A DNA stretch of 64,000 nt, taken from positions 235,088 to 299,087 of the forward strand of contig CAWCDS010000001.1 of NCBI GenBank assembly GCA_963794285.1. Reading direction: 5' to 3'. Of this stretch, positions 1 through 10,910 are shown piece after piece. The position numbers and the translations under genes were made by a program. The notes under the pieces were generated by a model that worked only from the letters and a program-made list of their open reading frames with translations, ran no database searches and was not told the origin of the DNA. Position 1 is the first letter of the stretch. Every line of letters begins with the position of its first letter. The stretch is from an uncultured Solirubrobacterales bacterium (lineage in GTDB: Bacteria > Actinomycetota > Thermoleophilia > Solirubrobacterales > Solirubrobacteraceae).

Positions 1-470
1 TACCGTCGGGTCGGTGCCTGGTGGCGATCCGCTCGGTGCCGCTCAACCTGCGGATGCTGACGCTCGGCGCGCAACAAGCCGCCCGCTTGGAAGGACGCGA
101 TGACGGCGTCGCGTTCTGCTTGGTCGAGGTCGATCAGCCTCCGGTTGGTCCGCCGATCCCCAACGAGGTCGGCTGCGAGCGTCCCGACGGTCGCTACCCG
201 CCCTTCGACGAGGACACGTACGGCTCACCGCGTCTGGTCGGGCTCGCGCCAGACGGTGTGAGCACGGTCCGCCTGCGCCTCGCGCACACGGTTCGCGATC
301 TCAAGCCGATCGCGCCGAACCTGTTCGGCACGCGCCGCGCGCCGTCTTACGCCATCGCTCACCGCTCGCGAGCTCAGGACATTCGCGTCCACCGAACGCG
401 CTGTGGAGCGGCTCTTGCCCTCCCGTACCAGCTCGTTGGGATCACGCGGGCGGACGATCGTCAGCCATGA
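1..470 (+). CDS. hypothetical protein, C-terminal part (probably runs in from the window edge)
   Basis: ORF 21..470; GLAPDGVSTVRLRL segment resembles extracytoplasmic domains of actinobacterial anti-sigma-like proteins. Confidence 0.5.
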   Translation, partial: PSGRCLVAIRSVPLNLRMLTLGAQQAARLEGRDDGVAFCLVEVDQPPVGPPIPNEVGCERPDGRYPPFDEDTYGSPRLVGLAPDGVSTVRLRLAHTVRDLKPIAPNLFGTRRAPSYAIAHRSRAQDIRVHRTRCGAALALPYQLVGITRADDRQP

Positions 471-640
471 CCGTCCGCGTGGTCTCGCTGACGCACTCGC
501 CCAGCTCTACCAGTACGGAACGCGCTACTTGACTGCCGCCGTTGCTCAGCGCTGACCGCTCGCCCACGACGAACTTGGGCCGGGAATGGCCCGCAGCGCG
601 GCGGGCTTCCGCTCCGTCGAAGAGCAGAGCAGACGGAGGG

Positions 641-985
641 CTACGAAGCCTCTGGAGGCGGCGAGCCGACGGGAGCCCTGAGGGCCGCGTCGAGCGCCTC
701 TTGCTGCGGATCCTTCCCAATCTGGAACGAGCGCGGGTCAGAGTGATCCCACTTCACCTTCCGTGAGTTCCGATCGAACCGCACTCCGACGACGTGACCC
801 TCCTGCGGGAACCCAAAGCGCGGGCCCAGTTCCGGCTGGACGAGCTCGGCACGGAGTGGTGTCTCCCCAGCGGGATGCACTTCAACGACATATACATCGT
901 GCATATTCGCGTCGTGTTTGTGCACAGGGACGAACGCGGCCTTGACGATCGTCGCCTCGGCGCGCTGCCAGTCACGTCCGAACAT
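641..985 (-). CDS. hypothetical protein (OB-fold/DUF3592-like)
   Basis: 114 aa, GGAGG RBS upstream, WQRAEATIV...YVVEVHP...VGVRFD pattern. Confidence 0.7.
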   Translation of the reverse strand: MFGRDWQRAEATIVKAAFVPVHKHDANMHDVYVVEVHPAGETPLRAELVQPELGPRFGFPQEGHVVGVRFDRNSRKVKWDHSDPRSFQIGKDPQQEALDAALRAPVGSPPPEAS

Positions 986-1209
986 CTCATCCTCCGGTCT
1001 CGATAACGCGCCAGCAGCTTAGTCCCGCCAACACCTTCCAATCAACCGTCTCCCCGGCGGTCGGCTAGGGCGAGCTCGGGTTTGACGTGCGTCGGCGAAA
1101 ACGGTGGCCGACCTGCGGAGACCTCGCGACGGCCGGCGACCAGGACGAGAGCGGGTGGCCGTAGGGGATCGCTCAGCGAGACGGATCAGATGGTGTACGG
1201 ACCACTTGT

Positions 1210-1596
1210 CTACACCGCGGAGGGCAGGACCTCAGCGCCGTCGTCAGGAGGAGAGCCGTATGCATATACGACGAGGTCCTCCTGACCGTCGTTGACGATC
1301 TGCAGCGGCGTTCCAGCTCGGACGTGGATGATTCCGCCCGCGGGGACAACGTGCCGCTGAGGCGTTTCACCGAGATGCATCGTGAGAGAGCCTGAGAGGA
1401 CGACGAACGTTTCCTCCTGCTGGGCGTGTACGTGACGCTTGCCCCGCGCACCCGGCTCGTAGCGCCAGATATTCGCCCGACTGTGAATGAAGCCGACCGA
1501 CGGCTGAAGCTCCGCGACGTGTCGAGCAGGTTCCCCCGGTTCGTGAGGACGCGTCGTCCACTGCAGCTGTTCCGGCAAAACGATCGAGTACGTCAT
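1210..1596 (-). CDS. cupin domain protein
   Basis: RHVHAQQEETFVVLSG...VPAGGIIHVRAGTP cupin motifs; ATG at 1596. Confidence 0.85.
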   Translation of the reverse strand: MTYSIVLPEQLQWTTRPHEPGEPARHVAELQPSVGFIHSRANIWRYEPGARGKRHVHAQQEETFVVLSGSLTMHLGETPQRHVVPAGGIIHVRAGTPLQIVNDGQEDLVVYAYGSPPDDGAEVLPSAV

Positions 1597-1652
1597 CGCG
1601 GCGCACGATACGCGCACTGCCCGGCCAACGGCCCAAGAATCCTCGCGGCCGG

Positions 1653-1680
1653 CGTCGCAGTCGGGAACGCTCTGCGAACC
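1653..1680 (+). repeat. boundary motif, single copy
   Basis: CGTCGCAGTC-GGGAACGCTCTGCGAACC. Confidence 0.7.
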
Positions 1681-1814
1681 GTCGGCCGAGCGCTGTGCGG
1701 CGCTGCTCGTGGCGAGGTGCGGGACGCTCCGGTCGCTCGGGTGCGAGCCCTTGTTTCATGCCAACGCAGTGGTTGCCGAGAGCGACTCCGCGGCTCTCGT
1801 GGCCGCTGGCTTGC

Positions 1815-3761
1815 TCATAGCGCAGGGGCACCGATAGTCGGAGGTGCCCGTTGCTCTTCGTCCGGGCGCGAGACCGTGTCGCTCTTGCGGTTCGTCCCGG
1901 AAAGCCGTGCGGCCACCAGTCGCAGCAGCTCGTCGCCGGCTTGGTGCCCAAGCGTGTCGTTGACGAGCTTGAAATGGTCCAGGTCGATGAAGAACACAGC
2001 CAGCGGTTGACGGCGCCTGTCGGTGCACTTGAGCGCGTGCGTGACCCGGTCAACAAACAGCGTCCGGTTGGGTAGCCCTGTCAGTCCGTCGTGCAGCGCC
2101 TGGTGGCGGATCGTCTCCTGTCCCTCCCGGCTCTTGATCGCTTCGACCAGCACATTCGCGAGCGATTCCAGGAACTGCAGGCAGTCGGCTGGCACCGCCC
2201 CCGGCCGCATGTAGTGGACCGAAACCCCCCACGGAGCGTCCGCGGGGCCGACGAGCACCGACGCGCTGCTGCGGATGCCGCGAGCCGCAAGAACCGGGTT
2301 CGGGGGGACGAGCGGCCCCTGCCTCCAGTCCTGCACGATCCTGCCCGCTCGCGGCCCATGCTGCATCAGCGAACGTGCCTCGTCGCTGACGTGCTTACCC
2401 TTCCGGAGACGCGGCCACCCGACCGTCGCCCTGACGCTGTAGGCGTGTTCGTCGGGATGCAGGGAAATCAACAAGCCACAGTCCGCCGATAGAACCCGAC
2501 ACGCGGCGCCAAGAGCCTGCTGACACAGCTCGTCCAACGAGGCCCCTGCGAGCGCGAGCCGGCCGAGCTCCGCGACCGCAGCGTGCCCGTGCGCCTCGCG
2601 CTGCATCGCCTGCTCGGCTTCGCGTCGCGCGCTGATGTCGACCGAGACACTGATGAGGCCGTCGGATCGTCCATCAGCGCCGCGGGGCTGAACGCAGCGA
2701 ACGCGGTAATAGACCGGGAAGACCCGACCCTGCTTGTCTTGCCCATCGAACTCTCCGTCGGCCGGTCGGCCGGCTAGGGCGCTGCCGCGAAGCTTTCGAA
2801 GTTCCGCGCGGCTCTTCTTCGGGACGATCAAATCGGCGAGTTGGTGACCGACGGCTTCCTCGGTCGCGTAGCCGTAGAGTTTCTGCGCGCCGCGGCTCCA
2901 GTAGCGAACGACGCCGGGCGCGTCGCTGACGATCACGGCTGCGTCGACCTCGTCGAGCAGCTCCGACTGCAACGCGACCTGTTCCTGGGCGCGCACCATG
3001 GACGTCACGTCACGCGCGATGGCCGAGACGCCGATCACCCCGCCGACCACGTCACGGATCGGCGAGACCGACAGTTCAACAGTCACAACCGAGCCGTCCT
3101 TGCACACCCGCTCGGTCCGATAGCTCGCGACCTGCCCGCCCGCCAGCGCTCGCCCCACAATCTCACGGTCCTCACTGCGATGCGCGGCCGCGACCAACAT
3201 ACCGACCGGCCGACCGATCACTTCAGCCGCCGCGTAGCCGTGCAACCGCTGCGCCCCCGAATTCCAGACATTGATCATCCGGTCGCGATCCACGCCGATG
3301 ATCGCGTCCTGTGAGAAGTCGACGATCGCCGCCAGCCGCGCGCGGACTAACTCGGCTCCGCTGCGCGTGCCGGAGTCTCTGTGTGAAAGTGCGAGCAGGT
3401 CGCCAGTCTTAACGGCACGCAAGTCGAAGGCCCGCTCTTCAGCCTCTCCACTCCAGGAGGCCTCAAAGACGAAATTGTCAACGTTCAGCGGCTCGCCTGT
3501 CTCGATCACGTGCGCATAGGCGGCGAGCAGGCCGCCAGTCGCGAGATTCGGGAACAGATCGAGCACGCTCCTGCCAATCAGTTCCTCCCGCGAGGCCGCG
3601 TTGGCTTCACACGCCGCATCGTTGGCGTATTCCCAGATGAAGTCGACGATTCTTCCTGCCTCGTCACGTACAGGGCGTAGCAGGCCGAACGGGTCGATCA
3701 GCATGTCGATCGAGGCCTGAAACCGCTCCTGGCTCTCCGTCACCGCGCGTTGTGCTCCCAA
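1815..3761 (-). pseudogene. PAS-PAS-PAS-GAF diguanylate cyclase, truncated before the GGDEF motif
   Basis: Three PAS repeats, GAF, HDGLTGLPNR and DLDHFKLVNDTLGHQAGDELL; the sequence breaks at SDTVSR where LGGDEF is expected. Confidence 0.85.
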
Positions 3762-3900
3762 AGGCTAAACGAGCCGTCTGAAGTCGCCACCGTCATCCCT
3801 ACCGACGGAGTCGGGGAAGTGGGGCGCAGTTCCCCGTGGATCCGCTCGTGGGTGCCCCGCTCGCTGATCGATGACGTTCCGACGCCGGGCGAGGAAGGCC

Positions 3901-4260
3901 TCACGCAGACACGTCATCAGAACCCTCGTAGGCGCGACGCCCCGACGTGGTCAGTCTCCACATGTCCTCGCCGGGCACCTCGTCGATCCCGGAGCGCTTG
4001 AGTAGGCCGTCGGCGATCGCGCCCGACCACGCCGCCGTTACTGCGCTCTCCTCGATGGACAGCTCCCATGTAACCAGCTCGAGGCTCGCTCCGCCGAACT
4101 GGTCGAAATCCGCCATCACGTCGAGCAGGCTACGCACCGAGACCACGTCAGTTCGGCGAGCCTTGCGGTCAGCAGGACCCGGATCCCGTCCGTTGCGGAC
4201 CGGCGGGTGGCCATCCGCGTCGATGCCGGTCGTAGTTCGATGGGCCTGAGTCGGCCTCAC
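3901..4260 (-). CDS. hypothetical protein (possible winged helix; start uncertain)
   Basis: GASLELVTWELS...DGLL...MWRLTTSGRRA. Confidence 0.5.
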   Translation of the reverse strand: MRPTQAHRTTTGIDADGHPPVRNGRDPGPADRKARRTDVVSVRSLLDVMADFDQFGGASLELVTWELSIEESAVTAAWSGAIADGLLKRSGIDEVPGEDMWRLTTSGRRAYEGSDDVSA

Positions 4261-4693
4261 GCGACCCCCAAGCCTCGCCTGACGTGCGAGCCCGGGTTCT
4301 GCCAGTGCTCACCATGCGTGGCGCTTGGCCTCATACTCGTGGTTGACTTGTTCGCCCCTCGCCTCCAGGGTTGGCACCCACGCGAGCAGTGTCGTTGTCG
4401 CCGCGGGCGGCGTCCACTGGCCCAGTGTTCGTCGGTGGGTCCCGTGCGATTCGAGCCGCGCACGTCTACCGAGGACCTCGGCTGACGAGCCGCCGTGCCG
4501 TCCCATCTTCGTTCGCGCAGCCGCGCGAGTGAGAGGTGGAGGCGTCCATCTTCCTGCCTGAGCGAAGAGTGCCGCGCCGGGGCACGAGCGCAGCGCCTGG
4601 CAGGCTCAAGCGTGTGCTCGTGCGCGCGCGGCGCGCCCCAACCCCGACCCATCTGTGGGACGAGGAACCTCGGCAGTGGATCGTTGGTCATGT

Positions 4694-4909
4694 TTACCTG
4701 CTCGTACGGCGGCGCCTGAGCCGGGCGTTTTCGGCTCGGAGCGAGTCAATCCGCTGCTGCTTGTCGCGGCAGTCGCGCCGAGCGGTCGCCAGATCGACAG
4801 CCAGCCCGCGAACAGCTTCCGCCAGCCGCCCCACGTGGACGATCAGCGCCGCGTTCACATCATGTGCCTCGACGAGTACCTGCCGTGTTGGCGTGCCGTC
4901 TACGGACAT
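4694..4909 (-). CDS. small coiled-coil hypothetical protein
   Basis: 71 aa, LAVDLATARRDCRDKQQRIDSLRAENARLRR; GAGG upstream. Confidence 0.55.
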   Translation of the reverse strand: MSVDGTPTRQVLVEAHDVNAALIVHVGRLAEAVRGLAVDLATARRDCRDKQQRIDSLRAENARLRRRRTSR

Positions 4910-5200
4910 TGATTCCGCCTCACTTGGACCCGTCGAGACCGGTCGTGCCGGCAAGTTCGATCGCCTGTCTGAGAGTTGGAGCGGCTTGTATGTGCTAAGG
5001 GCGACTCGACCGGTCCGCCCCGTCTCGCGCCGGCGGTCAGGGGCAAGGATCGACATGATTCGGTCACTTGGGGCAATTGTGGCTGCAATGCGCCCCACGC
5101 ACAACCCTCCAGGAGGATAGGATGTACTGCTCGATCGAAGAGCCTTACAGGTCGCCACCGAGGACGAAACGCAATTCAACGAAGAAGGGTCCACCCTGAA

Positions 5201-6664
5201 GTGCACACACCAACCGCGGGCCGGGGCGAGACCGTCGGTCCCGAGCCAGAGAGGGCTGGGGAAGACATCCGCGCGATCCTGGACGCCCTACCGGCGATGG
5301 TTGGCTACTGGGACGCCGGTCTGCGCAGCCGGATGGCCAACGGTGCGTACGTCGAGTTCTTCGGGCTCACACCGGAGCAGATCCGCGGTTGCCACGCCAG
5401 TGAGGTCCTCGGGGCGGAGCTCTACGCCCTGAGTCGCCCTCAAATGGAGCGAGCGCTCGCGGGTGAACCGCAACTATTTGAGCGGACGATTACCGACTCC
5501 ACCGGCGCTCCTCGCCACACCCAGACGTCGTACATCCCGGACGTCGTCGACGGGAAGGTACGAGGCCTGTTAGCGCTCGTGACCGACATCACCGCCCGGC
5601 AGGTTGCCGAACAGGCGCACACGGCCGCCGAGGCCAGATTCAGGCTCGCGTTCACGCACTCGCCGGTCGGCATGGGAATGATGGACAGCACCGGCCGGCT
5701 GGTCCAGGTCAATCCCGCGCTCTGCACGATGCTCGGTTATCCGGAGCAGGAGCTCCGCGGGCGCAAGTTCGCGGATCTCGTCAGCCCAGAACGCCGGCAA
5801 GACATGCGTGACAGGACCGCTCTGCTGTTCAGCGGCGAACCGGAGTCGAGCAGCGGTGAGTCGCATTTCCTCCGCAAGGACGGATCTGAGATCTGGGTGA
5901 TCCTCAGCCTCGCGCCCGCGGACGGCGAAATTGTGGGCGAGACCCTGGCGATCGGACACGTGCAGGACATCAGCACTCGAAAGCAGGCCGAGGATAAGCT
6001 CCGCCACAGCCGCGAAAGACTCGCCGAGGCCGAGCAGGTCGCGCAGATGGGGAGCTGGGAATGGGACGTCACCAACGGCCACACGACATGGTCCGATGGC
6101 CTGTTCCACGTCTTAGGGCTGACCCCGGACGAGTTCGACCCGAGCCTCCGAGGATGGGAGCAACGCGTGTTCCCATCCGACCGAGAGTTCGTCAACCGCA
6201 CGATCGATCAAGCCCTTGCCGAACAATCATCGTTCGCGCTCGAATTCCGTGCCATCCGCCCTGACGGCCGAGTACGCACGCTGCGCGGCCGCGGGGAGGT
6301 CGTGGTCGACGACTCCGGCGCGCCGACCCGTCTGATTGGCATCGCGCAGGACATCACCGACGTCAAGCTCGCCCAAGAAACGCTTCAGAGCACATCGGCC
6401 GATCTGGAGCGTCGCGCCGCTGAGCTACAACAGTTGGCGCTACGCACCACGCCGGAGCCACACCCGACACCGCGCGCACCGCTCACTCCGCGACAGCTCG
6501 AGATCCTCCGACTCATCGCCCAAGGCCTCACAAACGCAGCGATCGCCGAACGACTCGTCGTCACCGAGAGCACTGTCAAATGGCACGTCAAGCAAATCCT
6601 CGCGAAGACAGCCTCAACCAACCGCGCCGAGGCCGTCGCCCGGGTCCTGGGCACGACGCAATAG
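5201..6664 (+). CDS. multi-PAS LuxR-family transcriptional regulator
   Basis: Three PAS/PAC units plus C-terminal LTPRQLEILRLIAQGLTNAAIAERLVVTESTVKWHV LuxR HTH; start uncertain. Confidence 0.9.
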   Translation: MHTPTAGRGETVGPEPERAGEDIRAILDALPAMVGYWDAGLRSRMANGAYVEFFGLTPEQIRGCHASEVLGAELYALSRPQMERALAGEPQLFERTITDSTGAPRHTQTSYIPDVVDGKVRGLLALVTDITARQVAEQAHTAAEARFRLAFTHSPVGMGMMDSTGRLVQVNPALCTMLGYPEQELRGRKFADLVSPERRQDMRDRTALLFSGEPESSSGESHFLRKDGSEIWVILSLAPADGEIVGETLAIGHVQDISTRKQAEDKLRHSRERLAEAEQVAQMGSWEWDVTNGHTTWSDGLFHVLGLTPDEFDPSLRGWEQRVFPSDREFVNRTIDQALAEQSSFALEFRAIRPDGRVRTLRGRGEVVVDDSGAPTRLIGIAQDITDVKLAQETLQSTSADLERRAAELQQLALRTTPEPHPTPRAPLTPRQLEILRLIAQGLTNAAIAERLVVTESTVKWHVKQILAKTASTNRAEAVARVLGTTQ

Positions 6665-6767
6665 ACGACGGCGTCCCCGATCAGCTGCTCCAGCCAAAGC
6701 CGACGCCGCGCAACCAGCCAGCAGCACCCCACATTTGAGACGACAGCCGTGATCGCAGCGCACGACG

Positions 6768-6955
6768 GACGCGGACCGTGGTCAACGTTGGCGCTGGCAC
6801 CGGCGCATACGGCCGTCGGATCGGAACGTCGTTGCTGTCGATCCGTCGCCGGTGATGATCGCCAAGCGTCCGGGCGACGCCGGACACACCGTTCGGGTGC
6901 ACGCCGAGGCGCTGCCCTTCCCCGACGACAGTTTCGACGCTGCGATGACAGCAAG
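6768..6955 (+). pseudogene. class I SAM methyltransferase fragment
   Basis: Frameshifted RTVVNVGAGTGAY / VVAVDPSPVMIAKRP..VRVHAEALPFPDDSFDAAM; paralogous to 47314-47975. Confidence 0.75.
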
Positions 6956-7488
6956 ACCTTCGGCGGCCTGAGCGAGCGCCAGCGCGCGGAGCTTGCCGGG
7001 CGCCTGCATCGGTAGCGGTGACTCGCGCGGCCGGCACGTCGTGCTCCGGGCCATAGACCCTGCCCAGGTGGCGCGTGAGGATCGCTAGATGGGTGACCGT
7101 CTGGTCCACGCGGTGTATCCATGAGCCGTTCCTCAACCGTCCCTCGGCATCTGCGCTTCCCGTCGCGCGTGCGGAACAGTGGGGCGTGGGAGGGGCGGCG
7201 CTGGATGTGGCGCGCTCAAGTTCGCGCCGTGTAAGCAAGGGGGGAACTACGGATGCGAAGCGGCGTCGCGAGCTGGGATCATCCAAAGCTGACGAAAGGC
7301 CGTCCGCATGCGTCGCTGCGCTTGTCTCGCTTCATCTTCGAGGCATGACGTTCGTCCTCAGCGAAGGAGGTGTGCCTGCGCCTGTTAGCGTCCTAGTGCA
7401 TTGCCGCGCTGCACCAGCCGTGCCGCGCAGGGAAGCCTTGCGCCGGCTGTTATTTCGGGGAGCCTGTCGTTGAGTGGAGGGTTGAGCA

Positions 7489-9633
7489 ATGGGAGTAGGA
7501 GACCAGAGACATCCTTCGGCCGCCGAGGTCGCTGAGGCTGCGGTGTCGGAGGCGCAGATCGCGGTTCATTGGCGTGAGGAGGAGTACTTCGAGCCGCCGG
7601 CGTCGTTCGTCGAGCAGGCGAACGCGAATGATCCGGCGATTCTCGAGCGGTTCGGCGAGGAGCGCTTCCCGGACTGTTTCGTCGAGTACGCGGAGATGCT
7701 GACGTGGGATCGCAAGTGGGACACGGTGCTCGATACGAGCGAGCCGCCGTTTTGGAAGTGGTGGGTTGGTGGGCGTCTGAACGCGTGCGTGAACTGTGTC
7801 GACCGCCATCTGGAGTCTCGTGGCAACAAGACCGCGTTGATCTGGGTGCCCGAGCCCGAGGACGCGGAGACGCAGGAGATCACATATCAGCAGTTGCATC
7901 GGCGGATCGGCGAGTTCGCGGCGCTGCTCAAGGAGTTCGGGGGTGTGGAGACGGGCGATCGGGTCACGTTCCATTTGCCGATGGTGCCCGAGCTGCCGGT
8001 CTCGATGCTTGCCTGCGCGCGCCTTGGGGTGATCCATTCACAGGTGTTCGGCGGGTTCGCCGGCGCCGCCTGCGGCCACCGGATTGCAGACTCGCAGAGC
8101 AAGATTCTGGTGACGATGGACTCCTACTACCGCAACGGCGAGCTGATCGACCACAAGGTCAAGGCGGACGAGGCGATCGAGGCTGCGCGCAAGGAGGGGG
8201 TCGAGGTCGAGAAGGTGCTGGTCTGGCGCCGGCACTCGGGGGAGTACGGATCGAAGAGTCCGATGGTCGAGGGGCGCGATTTCTTCGTTGATGAGCTGCT
8301 GGAGGACTACCGCGGCGCGCAGGTCGAGCCGGTGTCGATGCCCGCGGAGGCGCCGCTGTTTCTGATGTACACGAGCGGCACGACTGGTCAGCCGAAGGGC
8401 TGTCAGCACTCGACCGGCGGCTACCTCTCGTACGTGACCGGCACCTCGCGCTACTACCAGGACATCCATCCCGACGACACCTACTGGTGCTTTGCGGACA
8501 TCGGCTGGATCACCGGCCACTCCTACATCGTCTACGGGCCGCTGTCGCTCGGGACGACGAGCGTGATGTACGAGGGCGTGCCGGTCTATCCGGACGCGGG
8601 GCGGCCGTGGCGGATCGCAGAACGGCTGGGAGTGAACATCTTCCATACCGCGCCGACGACGATCCGGATGCTGCGCAAGCTGGGGCCGGAGGAGCCCGAG
8701 AAGTACGACTGTCACTTCAAGCACATGACGACGGTCGGGGAGCCGATCGAGCCCGACGTCTGGCGTTGGTACTTCCACTTTGTTGGCAAGGGTGAGGCGG
8801 CGATCGTCGATACGTGGTGGCAGACCGAGAACGGCGGCTTTTTGGGCAGCACCCTGCCGGCGTTGCAGCCGATGAAGCCGGGCAGCTGCGGGCCGGGGGT
8901 GCTCGGGATCTACCCGGTGATCTACGACGAGAACGGGCAGGAGGTAGCGAGGGGGAGCGGCAAGGCCGGGAATATCTGCATCCGCAACCCGTGGCCGGGC
9001 AGCTTCCAGACGATCTGGGGTCAGCCGGAGCGGTTCATCGACACCTACTACGCGAAGTACAACCGCGACAGGGACAGTAAGGACTGGCGCGATTGGCCGT
9101 ACTTCGCCGGCGACGGTGCGGTCCAGGCGGCCGATGGCTACTTCCGGATCCTCGGCCGCGTCGATGACGTGATCAACGTCGCTGGGCACCGGCTCGGAAC
9201 CAAGGAGCTCGAGTCGGCGAGCATCACGGTCGAGGAGATCGCCGAGGCGGCCGCGGTCCCGGTCATCGACGAGCTGCGCGGCAGGATCGTGGAGATGTAC
9301 GTCGCGCTGAAGCCCGGGTACGAGCCGAGCAAGGAGATCGAGCAGAAGGTCAGCGATGCGATCGACCGGGAGATCGGCAAGATCGCGCGTCCGAAGAGCG
9401 TGTGGATCGTCTCCGACATGCCCAAGACCCGGTCGGGCAAGATCATGCGACGGGTGATCGCCGGGATCTCCAACTTCTCCGACGTCGGCGACGTGACGAC
9501 GCTCGCGAACCCCGAGGTCGTCGATGACATCCGGCACCACGTGCAGAGCGAGAAGCTCGCGCGCGGCGAGACCCCGCGCGAGCTCTCAGAACAAGAGCAG
9601 AAGGAGATCGCAGCGTTCGGGCAGGCAGAGTAG
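7489..9633 (+). CDS. acs: acetate--CoA ligase (acetyl-CoA synthetase)
   Basis: YTSGTTGQPKG AMP-binding loop, DTWWQTE, GRVDDVINVAGHRLG, PKTRSGKIMRR; GGAGG RBS. Confidence 0.97.
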   Translation: MGVGDQRHPSAAEVAEAAVSEAQIAVHWREEEYFEPPASFVEQANANDPAILERFGEERFPDCFVEYAEMLTWDRKWDTVLDTSEPPFWKWWVGGRLNACVNCVDRHLESRGNKTALIWVPEPEDAETQEITYQQLHRRIGEFAALLKEFGGVETGDRVTFHLPMVPELPVSMLACARLGVIHSQVFGGFAGAACGHRIADSQSKILVTMDSYYRNGELIDHKVKADEAIEAARKEGVEVEKVLVWRRHSGEYGSKSPMVEGRDFFVDELLEDYRGAQVEPVSMPAEAPLFLMYTSGTTGQPKGCQHSTGGYLSYVTGTSRYYQDIHPDDTYWCFADIGWITGHSYIVYGPLSLGTTSVMYEGVPVYPDAGRPWRIAERLGVNIFHTAPTTIRMLRKLGPEEPEKYDCHFKHMTTVGEPIEPDVWRWYFHFVGKGEAAIVDTWWQTENGGFLGSTLPALQPMKPGSCGPGVLGIYPVIYDENGQEVARGSGKAGNICIRNPWPGSFQTIWGQPERFIDTYYAKYNRDRDSKDWRDWPYFAGDGAVQAADGYFRILGRVDDVINVAGHRLGTKELESASITVEEIAEAAAVPVIDELRGRIVEMYVALKPGYEPSKEIEQKVSDAIDREIGKIARPKSVWIVSDMPKTRSGKIMRRVIAGISNFSDVGDVTTLANPEVVDDIRHHVQSEKLARGETPRELSEQEQKEIAAFGQAE

Positions 9634-9662
9634 CCGGTTTGGTCGACGCCGACAGCGCCCGC

Positions 9663-9941
9663 CTATTCGGGCAACAGACGGGCGTTGTCGGCGAACTCCC
9701 CGAGCGCCGCGGCAGCTTTCGCATACTCGCGAAAGCCGCTCACGTCCCCCTGCTCAAGCGCGGCCCAGCAGATCATGTCGGTCAACTCGAGCGCCTGCCG
9801 AGCCAGCCGCGGAAGCATCGGCAGCGGAGAGCACTCGACCTCGCTTCGCAGGTCGTCAACGGCCGTCAGCCACTCGCCAACCGGCGGTCGCAGATCCTCC
9901 AGCAACAACGAGAACTGCCCGATGATGTACTGCTGGGTCAT
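9663..9941 (-). CDS. hypothetical protein
   Basis: 92-aa helical ORF MTQQYIIGQFSLLLEDL... with normal composition. Confidence 0.65.
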   Translation of the reverse strand: MTQQYIIGQFSLLLEDLRPPVGEWLTAVDDLRSEVECSPLPMLPRLARQALELTDMICWAALEQGDVSGFREYAKAAAALGEFADNARLLPE

Positions 9942-10113
9942 CGGAGGTTTCCGAACTCGGCGCCGCCAAGCGTACCTCGCGCGTGGCCGCAAGACAATGC
10001 GCGCGCGTTTCCCAGAACTCGATCCGCGATCCCACGAGCCTTTCGCCCGCCCAGACACCCGAGGGACTCTCGGCGAACGGTCAGGACTCGAGCCCCGACC
10101 ACCCCAACAAATC

Positions 10114-10419
10114 TCAATCCTCGATCGACTCCATCTGCAGCTCATTCCCGCTCAGCACCATCGCCGGCAACCCGAAGGTGCGGCGGCGAAAGTCAGGCTC
10201 GGAGGTGGTCGACTCCACGGCGCACACCGCACCGGCCACGCAGCGAGCTCCTGCTCCAGTCGCCCCTCGCACGCGGTGCCGCGCGCCGCGAGCACGAGCG
10301 TGTCGGGCTCGACCTGGCGCAGCGGGGCCTACTCGCAGATTGACCACCATCACTCGACGGTCGCCGGCGTGCCGGAGCGCGATCTGCACCAAACCCGTCG
10401 CTATCGAATACTCGTGCAC
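10114..10419 (-). pseudogene. hypA: hydrogenase nickel metallochaperone HypA, frameshifted
   Basis: (V)HEYSIATGLVQIALRHAGDRRVMVVNLRVG / LRQVEPDTL..RGTACEG / VLSGNELQMESIED in shifting frames. Confidence 0.8.
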
Positions 10420-10779
10420 CGAGCCTAGCTCAGCGCATGACCAGCACGAGGTAGGCCGCGGTGGCGACGCGCTCGGTGACGCTTCCAAGCGCTGGCACGC
10501 CGCGCAGATGGCGGGTGCCGAGGATCAAAAGCGGTGGAGGAAGACAAATGCACGAGCGACTCGATCGCGGGACGCGGGTCCACGTTATCCGCCGGCTCCT
10601 CGAGCGCCCCGTCTCCGCGATCGGGCATCGGCAGCACCCACTCGCCCGCGGCGCGCCCCACGCCGGTGTCCACGCCGCAGTCGAGCGGCGGACGCATCGT
10701 GGGGGCAGGGATGGGCGCGGGGGGCCGCCGTCCTCGTGCTGGGCTCGGGCTCGGGCGTTGTAGGTTCGGGTCCCGTCGG

Positions 10780-10910
10780 CTAGGGCGCCGGGGCGGCGAG
10801 CTGCGACGACTCGATCACGAACCGCACGACGTGGCGCAGCGTCGGGTAGTCGCGCAGCTTGAGCGAATCGTCGCGCTCAATTGCGTACGACTCGCGGACC
10901 GCGGCGACAC
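10780..10910 (-). pseudogene. fragment of a type I PKS/PfaA-like acyl-carrier domain
   Basis: AAVRESYAIERDDSLKLRDYPTLRHVVRFV followed by a Pro/Glu-rich linker. Confidence 0.65.

Noticed and set aside
8038-9540. 500-aa antisense ORF and similar shadows (e.g. 27800-28693, 45482-46549, 59537-60571)
   Set aside because: Typical high-GC antisense frames opposite well-supported genes.
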